Source of the DNA: Gracilinanus agilis
Taxonomy: Eukaryota
Assembly: GCF_016433145.1 (NCBI RefSeq)
Contig: NC_058131.1
Coordinates: forward strand, 66,649,350-66,713,349
Direction of reading: 5' to 3'
Length of the DNA stretch: 64,000 nucleotides
The notes under the pieces are model-generated. The model was not told the origin of the DNA and did not search any database. It saw nothing but the letters and a program-made list of their open reading frames with translations. A program made the position numbers and the translations under genes. Below are positions 49,905 to 62,229 of this stretch, in pieces. Each line of letters opens with the position of its first letter. Position 1 is the stretch's first letter.

Positions 49905-51108
49905 GCAGAATGAAACATTAAACATGTATTTATTAAGCACCCATTATATTTCAGGCACTGCATCTCAAATCTGTTTCCAAATTTATTATACATTTCCCCT
50001 TCTTCCTGATCCACCCAAACAGACTTCTTGATGTTCTGTATAAATTATATTGCACCATCCATATTCCTGACTTTTTCCTAGGTGTCCCCTCCTCCATAGC
50101 ATGCCTGCCCACCTCACCTCTATCTTTTAGAATCCCAGCTTCCTTCAAAATTCTGCCCAAGTCTAGAATCATTTTCTCATTTTTCTTGGTCTTATTTCAG
50201 CATTTGACATTATTGATCCTTCTCCTAGATAGTTTCTCTTCTCTGTTTTTGTTTTTTTTGACACTACTCTCTCTTTTGGTTCTTTTCTGCTTGTCTGGCC
50301 CATCGCTCTTAGTTTCTGTGGCTTCATCCATATGATGCCCAGTAAGTGTCAGCAGTTTGGTGGCACAGTGGACAAGAAACAATGTTGGCCTGGAGTCAAG
50401 AAGACTAAAGTTCAAAAACAGCCTCAGACACCTATGAGCTTATCACCCTGGAAAAGTCACAACCCCTGTTTGCCTCAGTTACTTCATCTATTAAATGGCG
50501 ATCATAATAGAATCTATAACCGAGAGTTATTGCGAGGGTCAAATAAGATAATAATTTATAAAGTGCTTATCATAGTGCCTGGTACATAGTGTTATACAAA
50601 TGTTAACTATTATTAATAATAATTATTACAAAACTCTGTCCAGGGTTGTTGTCTTGTCTTTTCCTTCAGATCTATTCTGTTTCTTCTCTTTTAGTCCAGG
50701 CTATGATCACTACCTCAAATGTTTTCACTACAAATTAACCACCACCAATAAGCCACAAAAGTGATTTTTCTAAAGTACACATCTAAATGTATTTCTCTTT
50801 TCCTCAATCAATAAACTCTGCTCAATCCTTATTACTTCTAGAATCAAATAGAAATTCTCTGGTTTCAAATAGAAATCATCTCATGGACATTTAAAGCTTA
50901 TAATGTGATTTTTTAAATCATTTCTAGCCTTCTTACATTTCCACTGTTCCATGCCAAGCTACACTAACTTCTTTCCCATTTCTCTCACACAGCTTTCAAT
51001 CTCCCATCTCCATGTCATTGCCCAGGTTGCCCTCCATGCCTAAAATGTTCTTCCCATCCACTTTTTCTTAGTTTCCTTGATGTTCTCCAATTACACCCTA
51101 ACTCCATT
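49905..51108 (+). mobile_element. L2 relic split by a MIR (50348-50620)
   Basis: L2-type pyrimidine-rich blocks on either side of a clear MIR (ggtggcacagtggacaag...aagtcacaacccctgtttgcctcag). Confidence 0.6.
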
Positions 51109-51123
51109 TAAAATCCCTCCATT

Positions 51124-52149
51124 GCAAATATACAAAGAGATAAATCAACTGCATAAAAAATCAAGCCATTCCCCAGTTGATAAATGGCCAAGGGAGAGGA
51201 ATAGACAATTATCAGATAAAGAAATCAAAACTATCACATGATAAGCACATGAAAAAGTGTTCTAAATATCTAATAATTAGAGAAATGCAAATCAAAACAA
51301 CTCTGAGGTACTACCTCCCACCTAGCAGATTGGCTAAAATGATAGCAGGGGAGAGTAATAAATGTTGGAGGGGATGTGTCAAAATTGGGACTTAATGCAT
51401 TGCTGGTGAAGATGTGAACTGATCCAACCATTTTGGATGACAATTTGGAACTATGCTCAAAGGGCTATAAAAGAATGCCTGCCCTTCAATCCAACCATAT
51501 CATTGCTGGTTTTGTACCCCAAAGAGATGATAGATAAAAAGACTTGTACAAAAATATTTATACCCATGCTTTTTGTGGTGGCAAAAAACTGGAAAAAGAG
51601 GGTATGCCCTTCAATTGGGGAATGGCTGAACAAATTGTGGTATATGCTGGTGATGGAATACTATTGTACTCAAAGGAATAATAAACTGGAGGAATTCCAT
51701 GTGAACTGGAATGACCTCCAAGAATTGATACAGAGTGAAAGAAGCAGAGCCAGAAGTACATTATACACAGAGACTGATACACTGTGGTAAAATTGAATAT
51801 AATGGACTTCTGTACTAGCAGCAATGTAATGACCCAGGACAATTCTGAGGGATTTATGGAAAAGAATGCTACCCACATTCAGAGGAGTGGAAATATAGAA
51901 GAAAAACAAGTGCTTGAACACATGAGTTGATGTGGACATGGTTGGGGATGTAGACTCGAAAGGACCACACCAATGCAACTATCAATAATATGGAAATAAG
52001 TCTTGATAGATGACACATGTTAAAACCAGTGGAAATGCGTGTCAGCTATGGGAGGGGGAGTTAACTGGGGGGGGTGAAGGGGAAAGTAAAAATATGAATC
52101 ATGTAACCATGGAAAATTTTTCTAAAAAATAAATTAAAAAAAAAATAAT
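51124..52149 (+). mobile_element. 5'-truncated L1 (L1_Mdo-like) with poly(A) and perfect TSD
   Basis: ORF2 C-terminal peptides, G-rich 3' UTR and A tail; TSD (t)aaaatccctccatt at 51109-51123 and 52149-52163, at a TT/AAAA endonuclease site. Confidence 0.96.
51177..51790 (+). pseudogene. frameshifted L1 ORF2p C-terminal (Cys-rich) fragment
   Basis: HMKKCS..LIIREMQIKTTLRY..P.R.AK...NKCWRGC...GT and CP(S)IGEWLNKLWYM..MEYY are L1 ORF2 signature motifs, split across frames. Confidence 0.93.
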
Positions 52150-53756
52150 AAAATCCCTCCATTCTAGTTTCTAGTGCCTTCTCCTCTAAGATATTAATAA
52201 CAAAATAATTCCTCCTATAATGCATATATTCAATATTTTTCCATGTTTCCATACCCCTCCTTTGAATATGAATTCCTTGAGGAAAGGGATTATTTTTGCT
52301 TTTCTTTATGTCCCCATCTTGGCACATGGTAAGAGCATAGGGAATGTTTATTAATTACTAATTTATTCTTTAAATAATTTATTTATTAAATAAATAAATG
52401 CATGTGTGTTTATATATGTGTGTGTGTATATATATATATATATGTAGTTATCTTGTCTTTTCCTTCAGATATACTATTTCCTCTCCTTTATTCCAGGCTA
52501 TGATCACCACCTCAATTCTCTTCACTCCAAATCAACAACCAAAAATCCCATATATATTAATGAAAATAAATCAAATTAAATTAATAATTTATTTAATTAT
52601 TAATTAGTTTTGATACCTTTGACAATGAAGCTTTTCCTTATTCCTTAACGGTGAATGCCCCCCAATTACATTATATTTATTTTGTAGCTGTTTTGATCCA
52701 CTAGAATGTTATATTCATGAAGGCAGGCATTCTTATATTTTTTACTTTGATTCTACGATCCTTCACCCGCTGCATAGAATTAATATTTTATTAATTATAA
52801 TTTATTATTTTTAACATAAATTAAAGTCTTTAAACTTTATTATAAATTGATTAGTCAATAAAGTGAGTGGATTTTACTAGGTCACTTTTTAGGGCACTTA
52901 CAATTTTAAAACTAGGTTCCTAGGATCCTTTGTTGCCTTATTATGACTTGTTGAGGTCTATCAGCTCCTACAAAATTAGGGCATTTTAAAATACAAGTCC
53001 AATGAATGACCAACTTATAGTCTGTTATAGAACCAGCCCAAATAATTGTAAACATCTTTGTTAGTATTAACTAGAGGTTTGGCCTCAAGACAGTTTATTT
53101 TGTTATTATTATTGTTTCACCACAACAATTCATAAAACTATTTACCAAAGCCTGAAGTTTTCAAGGGTATCATTATGCTGAAAGAATCTACTTTGATACT
53201 ATAAACCTCTCTTTAGAAATCTAGAATGTTGCCTTAACGATATGACACTTAATTCACTCAATGAGCATTTATATATTGTCTATTATGTCCAAGTCATTTA
53301 CCCATTTTTCTAGGATATTGCAAGATAAAAGGAAAGATGCTATTCAATATTTTATTTTTAAATGGGACATAGAATTTTAAAATGAGAAAGTCTTTAAAAT
53401 TTCAGTTTCGTACAACTCAATGAACATTTATTAAACTTCTATGATATTCAAGTCAATGTACTAGCTATGAGAAATAAAAAATAAATACCTCCCACCTTAA
53501 AAAAATATTTTCCCTAAAGGAGCTTACATCCATCACACTTACAAATCTAAAGTAGAAGCCAAGGATAGGAAGGAGCCTTGGAATACAGAATAGAGAATAT
53601 GAAAATTGAAATGTACATTGATAGTCTTATAAAAAACATTTATTAAGCCAATGAAGAAACTGAGGATCAGAGAAAAGAAATAACCTATTCAAAGTCAATT
53701 GTTTGGGGCAAGGTTGAGGGTCAGAGGGATTTTGGATAGAAGGAGTTAGGTTCTAT

Positions 53757-53990
53757 TGTTGTTTAATTATATGCAATTGTGTCTAACTCTTCATGATCTC
53801 ATTTGAGGTTTTTTTGGCAAAGACCCTGGAATGGTTTGTCATTTCCTTCTTTGCTTCATTTGATAGATGAGGAAACTGAGACAAACAATGAAGTGACTTA
53901 CCCAGGGCCACAGAGCTAATGTCTGAGACCAGATTTGAAATCAGGACTTCCTGACTCCAATCCTGTTACTCCATCAGACTGTACCACCTG
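53757..53990 (-). mobile_element. Mar1 SINE
   Basis: gtgtctaactcttcatgatctc...ttggcaaagaccctggaatggtttgtcatttccttc...gatgaggaaactgag. Confidence 0.88.
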
Positions 53991-54854
53991 GAAACCCTCC
54001 TAAGTATAAAGTGGGTATTAAACAAATAGTTACTAAATTAGAGATATGTATATAAGCAGTAACATATAACTAGGTTATAATTGTAGTTAGAATAAAACCT
54101 AATTAACTGCAACTTTATTCAATCACAATAGTCCATTCTTTGACAAGAGATAGACTGGAGCTTTACACCTGATACTACCTTTAAAGAAAGGGTTTATTAA
54201 GGAAATCATTTGTATAAGCAAGATTTTGCAAGGGGAATGTTTAACCTACTTAAGAGATCAAATGGGTTTTGGAGCCCTAAAGGAGCATCTATTTATACAC
54301 AAACAATGAACGAGGTGATTATAAATAAGTCCTCTCTTTATTAAAACAGTCCCAGCAGGACCTCTACTCAGCAAAATGTTCTTGGCAATCAGTTGGAGTA
54401 AATGTAGGTACTAGAAATGAATAAAACAGCATTTTAAAAAAATGTCCATAATCCAAGATCAGTGAGGCATGATTGTATACACAAGCCAAGAAAATGTTGA
54501 CAAATTGCTGATTGTCCTTTTATGCCTTTAGGGAAAGTGACAGGGTACATTAGAAAGAGCCCTGGATCTAGGCATCTGGGTTTGAGTTCAGGCTCTGCTA
54601 TTTAAGAAAATGGAATGTATTAGAAAGAAGATGAGGCTTTTATATCTAAGAGACAGATATGAGAACCCTGGTATCACTATTTCATGTAACTGTCAATATA
54701 TGTAGATATATCACTACATCTTAAAGTTTCTTATCATTAAAATGGGCATAGAAATGTTTACGTTGCTTCACTCAGAACTGTAACAAAAATCATGCCACAT
54801 TGGTGCTAGTAAATTATACTTGAAAAGTTCTGTCATTTAAAAGTCCAAAGTCCA

Positions 54855-55335
54855 TTCAATTAATCAATTAATAAATATTTATTAACCATCTACTATGTGC
54901 CAGGAAGAGTGATAAGTACATGAGGATAAAAGAGGAGGCAAGACAGTCCCTGACCTCAAGAAGTGTCCAATCTAAAGGGGCAGATAACATACGGTTCATT
55001 ATTCAGGTTAAATTGAAAATAATTAACAGAGGGAAGGCACTAGAATGAAAGAGGATTGGGAAAGGCTTCCTGGGTAGAACAGGATTTTTAGCTGGAATTT
55101 GAAGGAAGTTATGGAAATAGTGGGCAGAATTGAGAAGGGAGAGCAATCTGGACGTAGGGAACAGCAAGAATCAATACCCAGAGACAAGAGACAAGAGAGT
55201 CTTGTTTGTGGAACAGCCAGGAAGCCAATGTCATTGGATCAAAAATCACAAGCGGGGAGTAAGATGTAGGAAAACTGGAAAACTGGGTTATGAAAGACTT
55301 CACATGTCAAACATTAAAATTTACATTTTCTTTTA
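54855..55335 (-). mobile_element. L2 3' relic
   Basis: caattaatcaattaataaatatttattaaccatctactatgtgccagg...gaaaggcttcctggg...gctggaatttgaagga. Confidence 0.75.
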
Positions 55336-55394
55336 CTTGCTAGAATTCTGAAGGAGTCAATTAGGGATGCTATATGGAGTGCAAGTGTGTGATC

Positions 55395-55598
55395 TCTTTT
55401 TTTAAAAATCTCTTATCTTACATCTTAGAACCAATATTGTTTATTGGTTGCAACACAGAAGAGCAGGATGGGCTAGACAATTGGAGTGAAATGCCTTGCA
55501 CAAGATCACACAGCTAGGAAGTGTCTGAAGCCAGATTTGAACCTAGGAACTCCCATCTCTACCTCTGACTCTCACCCACTGAGCCACCTAGCCACCCC
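55395..55598 (-). mobile_element. SINE1_Mdo-like SINE
   Basis: ctaggaagtgtctgaagccagatttgaacctaggaactcccatctcta...cactgagccacctagccacccc. Confidence 0.88.
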
Positions 55599-55674
55599 CA
55601 AGTGTTACTTCTATTTCCACAGAGTGCAGATGCTGATTAATTATGGCCAGAAAGAGAGAGACGTGTGTTAGAAT

Positions 55675-55910
55675 CAGCTTAGACCACCTTACAAGAGCTG
55701 GTTCCTAAATTTTTATCATAACTATTTATTTACCACTTGAAAATCAGCAAATGGTACACATCATCACTTGATTTATTTTTTTGTTGGTTTCTAGATTCAA
55801 GAAAGTAGTGGAAAATATTCATGATGCAGATTAAATCTAAAAATATGTTGTATATCTTTGTAAATTTTATTTTTGGAAAGTTACTTGTTAAATATCTGTC
55901 AACACATTAT
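55675..55910. mobile_element. MER63-like hAT relic
   Basis: gaaaatcagcaaatggtacac...cttgatttatt...tagattcaagaaagtagtggaaaatattcatgatgcagattaaatctaaaa. Confidence 0.7.
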
Positions 55911-55989
55911 TGTCCTTAGACCTATAAATCAAAATAAGATATAGGTGAAGAATATACAAAGCAAAAATAAGATAAAAAATACAGCAAAT

Positions 55990-56325
55990 CGTGGTAAGAC
56001 AATGAGATAGAATGTTACTGCATTGTAAGAAATGCTGACTATGAATAATTCAGAGAAGCATTAGAAAATTTATATGAACTGACACAGAAAGAAAAACCAG
56101 GAAAATGACAAAATGACTAGAACAATATAAATAGAGGTAATGACAAAATCACAATTAAAAAGCATGTATTTGTGATGATAACACTTGATCTGAAAGATGA
56201 CATATAAAAACATACCTCTTCTTGTTTGTTAGAGTGAAGATCTACAGAAATGGAGCACTGAATACACTGTCAAATTGACTTATTAATAGTTTTGCTAAAC
56301 TGATTGTTTTCAATTTTTATTTATT
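55990..56325 (+). mobile_element. old L1 3' relic
   Basis: gaatgttactgcattgtaagaaatg...ttatatgaactgacacag pattern. Confidence 0.6.
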
Positions 56326-56395
56326 TTTTTTTTTTAGTAACCCTTGGCAAAGATTGGCTGACCTCAAGACCGAGCTTGGAAAGATAAGAAATTAC

Positions 56396-56430
56396 CTCAA
56401 AAGTCACTCTCAGAATGACAAGAGGTTTTC
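56396..56430 (-). other. candidate 35-nt microexon
   Basis: About 75-nt pyrimidine-rich tract ending ctgcatag, then exon gaaaacctcttgtcattctgagagtgacttttgag, then gtaatt donor. Confidence 0.25.
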
Positions 56431-56914
56431 CTATGCAGAATACAATGGAAGAATGGAGAAACTTAGAGCAGAGAAAAAGGAGAGGGGAAGGAAAGAGGTG
56501 GCAGTGGCCTCTGGCAGCATAACATTCAGGGCAGTCTGTGAATGGGATGTCTGCAGTTGTCTTCTTCAAGATCACAAGAAAAGATTTCTAGATGGATTAG
56601 TGGAGAGATATGTAACTGTGTTTATGTGTGTGTCTAATCACAGCCTTTCACTTCAGTCACAGGAAAGCTGAAAGAGAAAAAAATAATGAGAAGGAAGTGC
56701 TTACTATTAAACTTGCCATATTTCTACTTCTCTTAAAAAATAAAGTATACATTTTCCAGTTTTAATTTTATTTTTCAAAATATTTTCAGTTCATATTTAC
56801 TAAATATTACCTTCTGTTCCTTCGGTTGGGGCATGAGTTCACAAAGGAAACCATAAGGCAAACTGTGACTTTTCCTGATACAGTGCCCAGAGCTCAGCTC
56901 TAGCCCATCTTCAC

Positions 56915-57560
56915 TTTTTTTAAACCTTTTATCTTCTGTGTTAGAATCTTGGAATCAAAGGCAGAAGAGTGGGAAAGGCTAGGCACCTGGGGTTAAGTGA
57001 CTGGTCCAGGGTCACACAACTCCATGTATTGTTACTTTTGCTTTAATTAGAGCTAGGTGGTATAGTGGATAGACTGTCAGACCTAAAAGTCAGGAAGACT
57101 CATCTTCATGAGGTTTAATTTGTTCTCAGAAATTTATTTGTTTTATAACCCTAAGCAAGTCATTTAACCTTGTTTCCCTCAGTTTTCTCAAAATATGAGC
57201 TAGAAAGGGAAATGGCAAGCCTCTCCAGTAAAGGAATCATGAAGAGTCAGACACAACTCACCAATAACAACAACTAGAGGCATGAGCATAGAATATCTCA
57301 AAAGAAGCAGCTAAGTGATGTAGTGTATCCACTGCAGAGCACTGGGTCTACAGACAGGAAGACCAGATTCAAATCTGGCCTCAGACACTCACTAGCTGGA
57401 TGATCCTGTGCAAGTCACTTACCTCACTTTCTTCAACTCTAAAATGGGGATGATAATAGCACCTATCTCACAGACTTGTTATGAAGATTAAATGAGCTAA
57501 TATATATAAACATTTATTACAATTCCTAGAACCTAGTAGGTGTTTAATAAATGTTTATTT
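56915..57560. mobile_element. SINE cluster: SINE1_Mdo fragment (-, 56915-57020), Mar1 (+, 57052-57275), MIR (+, 57305-57560)
   Basis: ggggttaagtgactggtccagggtcacaca; ggaaatggcaagcctctccag...catgaagagtcagacacaact; tctggcctcagacactcactagctgg. Confidence 0.78.
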
Positions 57561-57829
57561 CCTTTTTTCAGCTACATTTCCAAGTGCAGAATTACTATGA
57601 ACATGGGCCAATTTTTTTATTAGAAATCTGCCCCATAAATAAGAACTTAAGAGTAACTAGATGTTCTATAAGAAGGAATTTGAAGGAATTCTCTGGGTAA
57701 GAGAGATATATGTTGGGATCTAAAAGACATATTAAAAACAAACAAAAAAATTATTACAGTTTAAAACTTTAAAAAGATAGGGCTTTAAGGAGGAATATTG
57801 TTAGACATCCAGTGAGCTTTGTGACTCTG

Positions 57830-57985
57830 CTTCAAGATAGATTTCAAATGTCTCTGAGAGATCATGTAGACTAAGTTCTTTATTTGATAAAAAATGAAAC
57901 TGAAGCCAGGAAAATGACTTACCTAAAGTCATACAGTTAGTGACCGTGTCAAGATTTGAATTCAAGCCTCTGACTGACAATCCAC
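57830..57985 (-). mobile_element. MIR relic
   Basis: aatgaaactgaagcc...atgacttacctaaagtcatacag...gatttgaattcaagcc. Confidence 0.65.
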
Positions 57986-58234
57986 CATCTATGAATGAAA
58001 ATGAGATTGTTATATTATGTAGAGAATTCTCTTAACTTATAATATTTGCTGTAGCTCTTCGTTTTCTGTTCCTCTCCCTTGAATTTAGTGTTCCCAAGAA
58101 ATTGTTTCTATATCTGACCATTTAGATCTAGATTTAGGATAAACATCTCTTCGCTCAGGATAAGGTTTTCCTTCAGACACAGCTACATACAGACCTTCCG
58201 TGGGGAACTTTATATGATCCTATCTATCTAACTA

Positions 58235-58745
58235 TAACAAAAGGGAAGCTAAAATAGTGTCTTGAAGAACTGTAGAACCCATACACACAAATATATTTAT
58301 AATAACCTTTTGGGGGGTTGGTGGCAGTGTTAAGCACTAAGGGAGAAAAAAGAGAAATCTATCAATTGGGTGATAGTTTTAACAAATTGAGGTATATAAA
58401 TGTAATGGAAAATATCATGCTAAACAAAATGACAAACATTATAGATTCACAGAAATCTGGAAAGATCTCTTTGAACTGAGGCAAAGTAAAATGAACAGCA
58501 ATAGGAGAATTTATACAGTATCCACAGTAATAGAAAGGGGAAAAAAAGGAAAGAATTCAAAATTCTTATCAACACACCTGACCAATCATGACTACAAAGG
58601 ATTGACAATGAAATGTGCTTCTCATCTCTTGATAGAGATGTGATGGAATAGACTAGACCTGTAGAAGGGACCTTTGTGTTCATTTTGTTTGGCTTTATTT
58701 GTTATGAGTAATGTGTCTACTGGGGAGGGGGTTGATGAGAGAAAA
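58235..58745 (+). mobile_element. old L1 ORF2 end/3' UTR relic
   Basis: caattgggtgatagttttaacaaattgaggtatataaatgtaatggaaaatatc...ggaaagatctctttgaactgaggcaaagt. Confidence 0.7.
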
Positions 58746-58747
58746 TA

Positions 58748-59310
58748 AACAAGCACTTATTAAGCACTTATTATGTCTCCTGTTCTAAGCACAGAAAATC
58801 CAAATAAAGGAAAAATAGAAATAAAACAAAAACAAAAACAAAAGTCTAAAAGTTCTAAAAGTCTGGGTAATCACAGGGACACAAAAACTAAAGGAGCATC
58901 AACAACACATTGACATGGGGCGGGAAGGAGAAGAAAAAGATGCAAATTTTTTTTTCAATTTCCTCTAATGCACTTCAACCCCTGATATTCCAGACTATTC
59001 TTCCATCACTTTCCCAATGGCCTTTTCTCAATGGTGAAGCCTCCACCCCTGGAGCTTCTTCCTCCAATTGGTAAACTCTCCTTTATAACCTCCATTTGAA
59101 GAACTACTCATGTGAGTCATACTTTTCTCTGATCCTGCTCAACTATTGACTCTCTGAACTTCTTTTCTACTTTCCTCTTCTAGAGTAATCCTCCACACCG
59201 ATTTTTCAACTCACTCTGATGTGTAAGCTTAAATTTAGATGTAAGCTCCTTGAGGGAGCTTGTATTTGTATTCCTAATGCATCATACATAGTAAACACAG
59301 CAAAAGCTTT
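58748..59310. mobile_element. L2 relics
   Basis: acaagcacttattaagcacttattatgtc tail; gtaagctccttgagggagc. Confidence 0.55.
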
Positions 59311-59559
59311 ATCTACTTTAATCTTAAATCAAATATACCCTTTTTTCCCAAAAGAACCTTGATATAAAAGAAATCCTCAATGTCTGACACAATTCTTGGT
59401 CTTTTCCTTTGAATATTTAAATATTGGTTTTGCACATCATAGTTAAGTTCATAGTTTTATGAAATGAAGAATTCTAGTCAAAAGCCTGTTTTGCCCTTAG
59501 TAATCAAGGAACTCTTTATCACATGTGCCTAAGGAGGAAATATTGTCTCAAGACATAGA

Positions 59560-60290
59560 ATATTAAAAGTGGAAATAGAGCAACTTAGTCAAACCTCCTC
59601 AAGTTTACATTGTTCAGTTCTGGGTCCATGTTTAGGAATATCATTGATAAGTTGAAGTCCAGAGAAGGATGAGGGGATTGGAGCCTTACTACAGGAAGAT
59701 TGTTTGAAGGAAATAAGGATGTTTATTCTGGATAATAAAAGAATTGGGGTATAGATGAGCCTATCTGCAAATCTTTGAAAAGCACTCACTTTATTTATTT
59801 GTTTGTTTGTTTGTTTGTTTGTTTGTTTGTTTATTTCATAGACCTAAGACAAAATGAGGGCTAGGAAATGAGGGTTAAGTGACTTGTGCAGGTTTATACA
59901 ACTAGTAAGTGTCTGAAGCCAGATTCGACTTCAAGACACCCATCTCCAAGCCTGGTGCTCTAACTATTACGCTACCCAGCTGCCACTAAAAACAATAACC
60001 TTAGAAAGGAATATGACTTTTTTCTTTGGTCCCAGTGAGAAGAAATTGGATTGGTGGGCAGATGTTGCAGAGAGATCTAAGGAAGAGCTTCCTTTCAATT
60101 ACAGCCATCCAAAAATAGGAAACATTACCTTGAGAGATAGTTGGTCTCCATCACTTCAAGTCTTTTAAGGTTACAAAAGAAAATGACCATGCACTGGAGA
60201 TGCTATAGCCAAGGTTCACGTTTTTTGTATAGGATAGGCTTGATGGTTTCAGACATCCCTCCCAATTCTAATACCCCCTAACTCAACCTT
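59560..60290 (+). mobile_element. L3/CR1 3' relic interrupted by (TTTG)n and an antisense SINE (about 59836-59987)
   Basis: cagttctgggtccatgtttagg...; gggttaagtgacttgtgcagg...gtgtctgaagccagattcga; cctttcaattacagccatccaaaaatagga. Confidence 0.65.
59789..59835. repeat. (TTTG)n/(TTTA)n microsatellite (SINE tail)
   Basis: tttatttatttgtttgtttg... run. Confidence 0.92.
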
Positions 60291-60982
60291 AGATGGTATG
60301 AATGAAGCAAAAGGAAATCAAGAATATTAATAATATATTTTGGTTTAGAATTAATTTTTATTAGCACATTTACCTTTATAATTAATTTCTCATTAAGATG
60401 TAAAACTCAATCTAGATTCCTTTTGTATTTAATACCTGTAACTTAAGGAATGAGGTCTAGAACATGGCCTATAGGCTGAGAGGGGGATCCATTTGATCAC
60501 AGATAATTCACAAGTTACAAATTACATCAACAAGTCAATAATTATTAAATAAGCACACTCTATGTGCCAGACACTATATTAAGTAACAGTTATAAAGAAA
60601 TTCTAAAACAGCTCTTATCCTCAGTGAAGTCACTCTAGCAGCATAAGCAACATGCAAACAATTATTCATAAGGATAAAAATTACATGCAAGTCATTTAGG
60701 AGTTGAGTATAATTGCCCTAAAGTTTTAGGCAATTGAAGATTAAGTTGTATTATAGAATCATAGGAGATTAAATAAGGAAGAGATTTTTAAACATACAAT
60801 GTTAGAAAATAGAACACAGACCATTACAGCCAGAAGGTACTTTAAAACATAAAATGTTACAGATGGAGGGAAAATGTGAATATATCATGTTAAAATGTGA
60901 AAAATAGAATGTGAGAATTGACAGATACCTGAGAGATCACTTAAGTCACCATACTCATTCACAAATAAAAATAACAATAATG

Positions 60983-61225
60983 AGCAGCTTGGTGGCACAA
61001 TGGGTATAGTGCTGGACCTAAAGTCAGAAAGAATCATCTCCCAAGTTCAAATAGCACCTCAAATATTTACAGGCTGTGTGACCCAGGGCAAGTTACTTAA
61101 CTCTTTTGGACTCAGTTTCTTTATTTGTAAAGTAAACTGTAGAAGGAAATGACAAACCATTCCAGTGTCTTTGCTGCAAAAACACCATATGATGTCATGA
61201 ATAATCAGACACCAAGGAAAAATGC
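60983..61225 (+). mobile_element. Mar1 SINE
   Basis: gcagcttggtggcacaatggg...gaaggaaatgacaaaccattccagtgtctttgc. Confidence 0.85.
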
Positions 61226-61369
61226 CTGATAATAATGATAAGATATTTATATAATCCTTTAAGTGAATTATCTCACTTGTGTCTTGAGACTACTGCAGAT
61301 AGGTCTGAAGATGAAAAAACAAAAACAAAACCTAAAACTTAAAGAAAGTGAAACATAGTCATGTAACTG

Positions 61370-62195
61370 AATTTATCCCCATTTCTATCTATCCTTATAT
61401 CATAATTTGAAACTTGGTCTCTTCTGTCTCTAAATCCAGTAATCCATACACTAAATCCACCCTGTTCTAAGCTAATATTTTAAAAATCCTTTCCGTTTCA
61501 CCATATTTTCAAAAGAAATTATTCATTCTTCATTCATTCTTTTATCCATAAACTTTTCTCAACCAACATTTCCTGAGTACTTTCCATATCCACAGCACTA
61601 TAATAGTCTCTTTGGGTGAGATAATGATGGATGAGAAATGATACCTGACTTTTAGGAGCTCACATTCTAGTAAGAGAGAAAAGGCTCATGAATAAATAAC
61701 AACATCTCTCCTAGGAGAAGTGTAGACATTACAGTTAGATAAGAGACCCCTAAAATTGGCTGTAGTGATCACTGAAGGCTTTCTGGAGGAGACGGGCTTG
61801 ACTTAGATCTTGTGAAAAAGGACCCTGAGATGGGTGTCATCACATCTGTAACGATTCAGGTTCTGCCTTCTATGAAATGAGGGGATTGGACCCTGTGGTT
61901 CATAACTTCCCTTTCTGCTCTAGACTTGTAATCCCATGAATAAAGAAGTGAATTTTGGGTTCTGACTTCTTAGAGAGTGGAAAGAATCTTGTTCTTGTGG
62001 TTTGGCATCCTGGCTTAATGTCCTGGCTCTTCCACTCATGAGTTGTATCTGACTGTGGGCTATTCGCTCAACTCCCTCAACCTCGATTTCCTTCTCTATA
62101 AAATGGGGATAATGATACTTGCAGTGCCTATCTCTTACGGGTGTTGTATAGAAACTGCTCTGTAGACTTTAAAGTGTGTAAGAAATGTGAGTTAT
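61370..62195. mobile_element. L2, MIR3 and MIR relics
   Basis: cattcattcttt...caacatttcctgagtacttt L2 tail; gatttccttctctataaaatggggataatgatac MIR core. Confidence 0.6.
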
Positions 62196-62229
62196 TATTA
62201 TTCCTAAGGCAAACTCCCCACCAGTAAAG

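Noticed and set aside
56354-56671. 105-aa plus-strand ORF (MADLKTELGK...)
   Set aside because: Starts at TTG, has no known homology, and its K/E/R richness comes from the purine tract.
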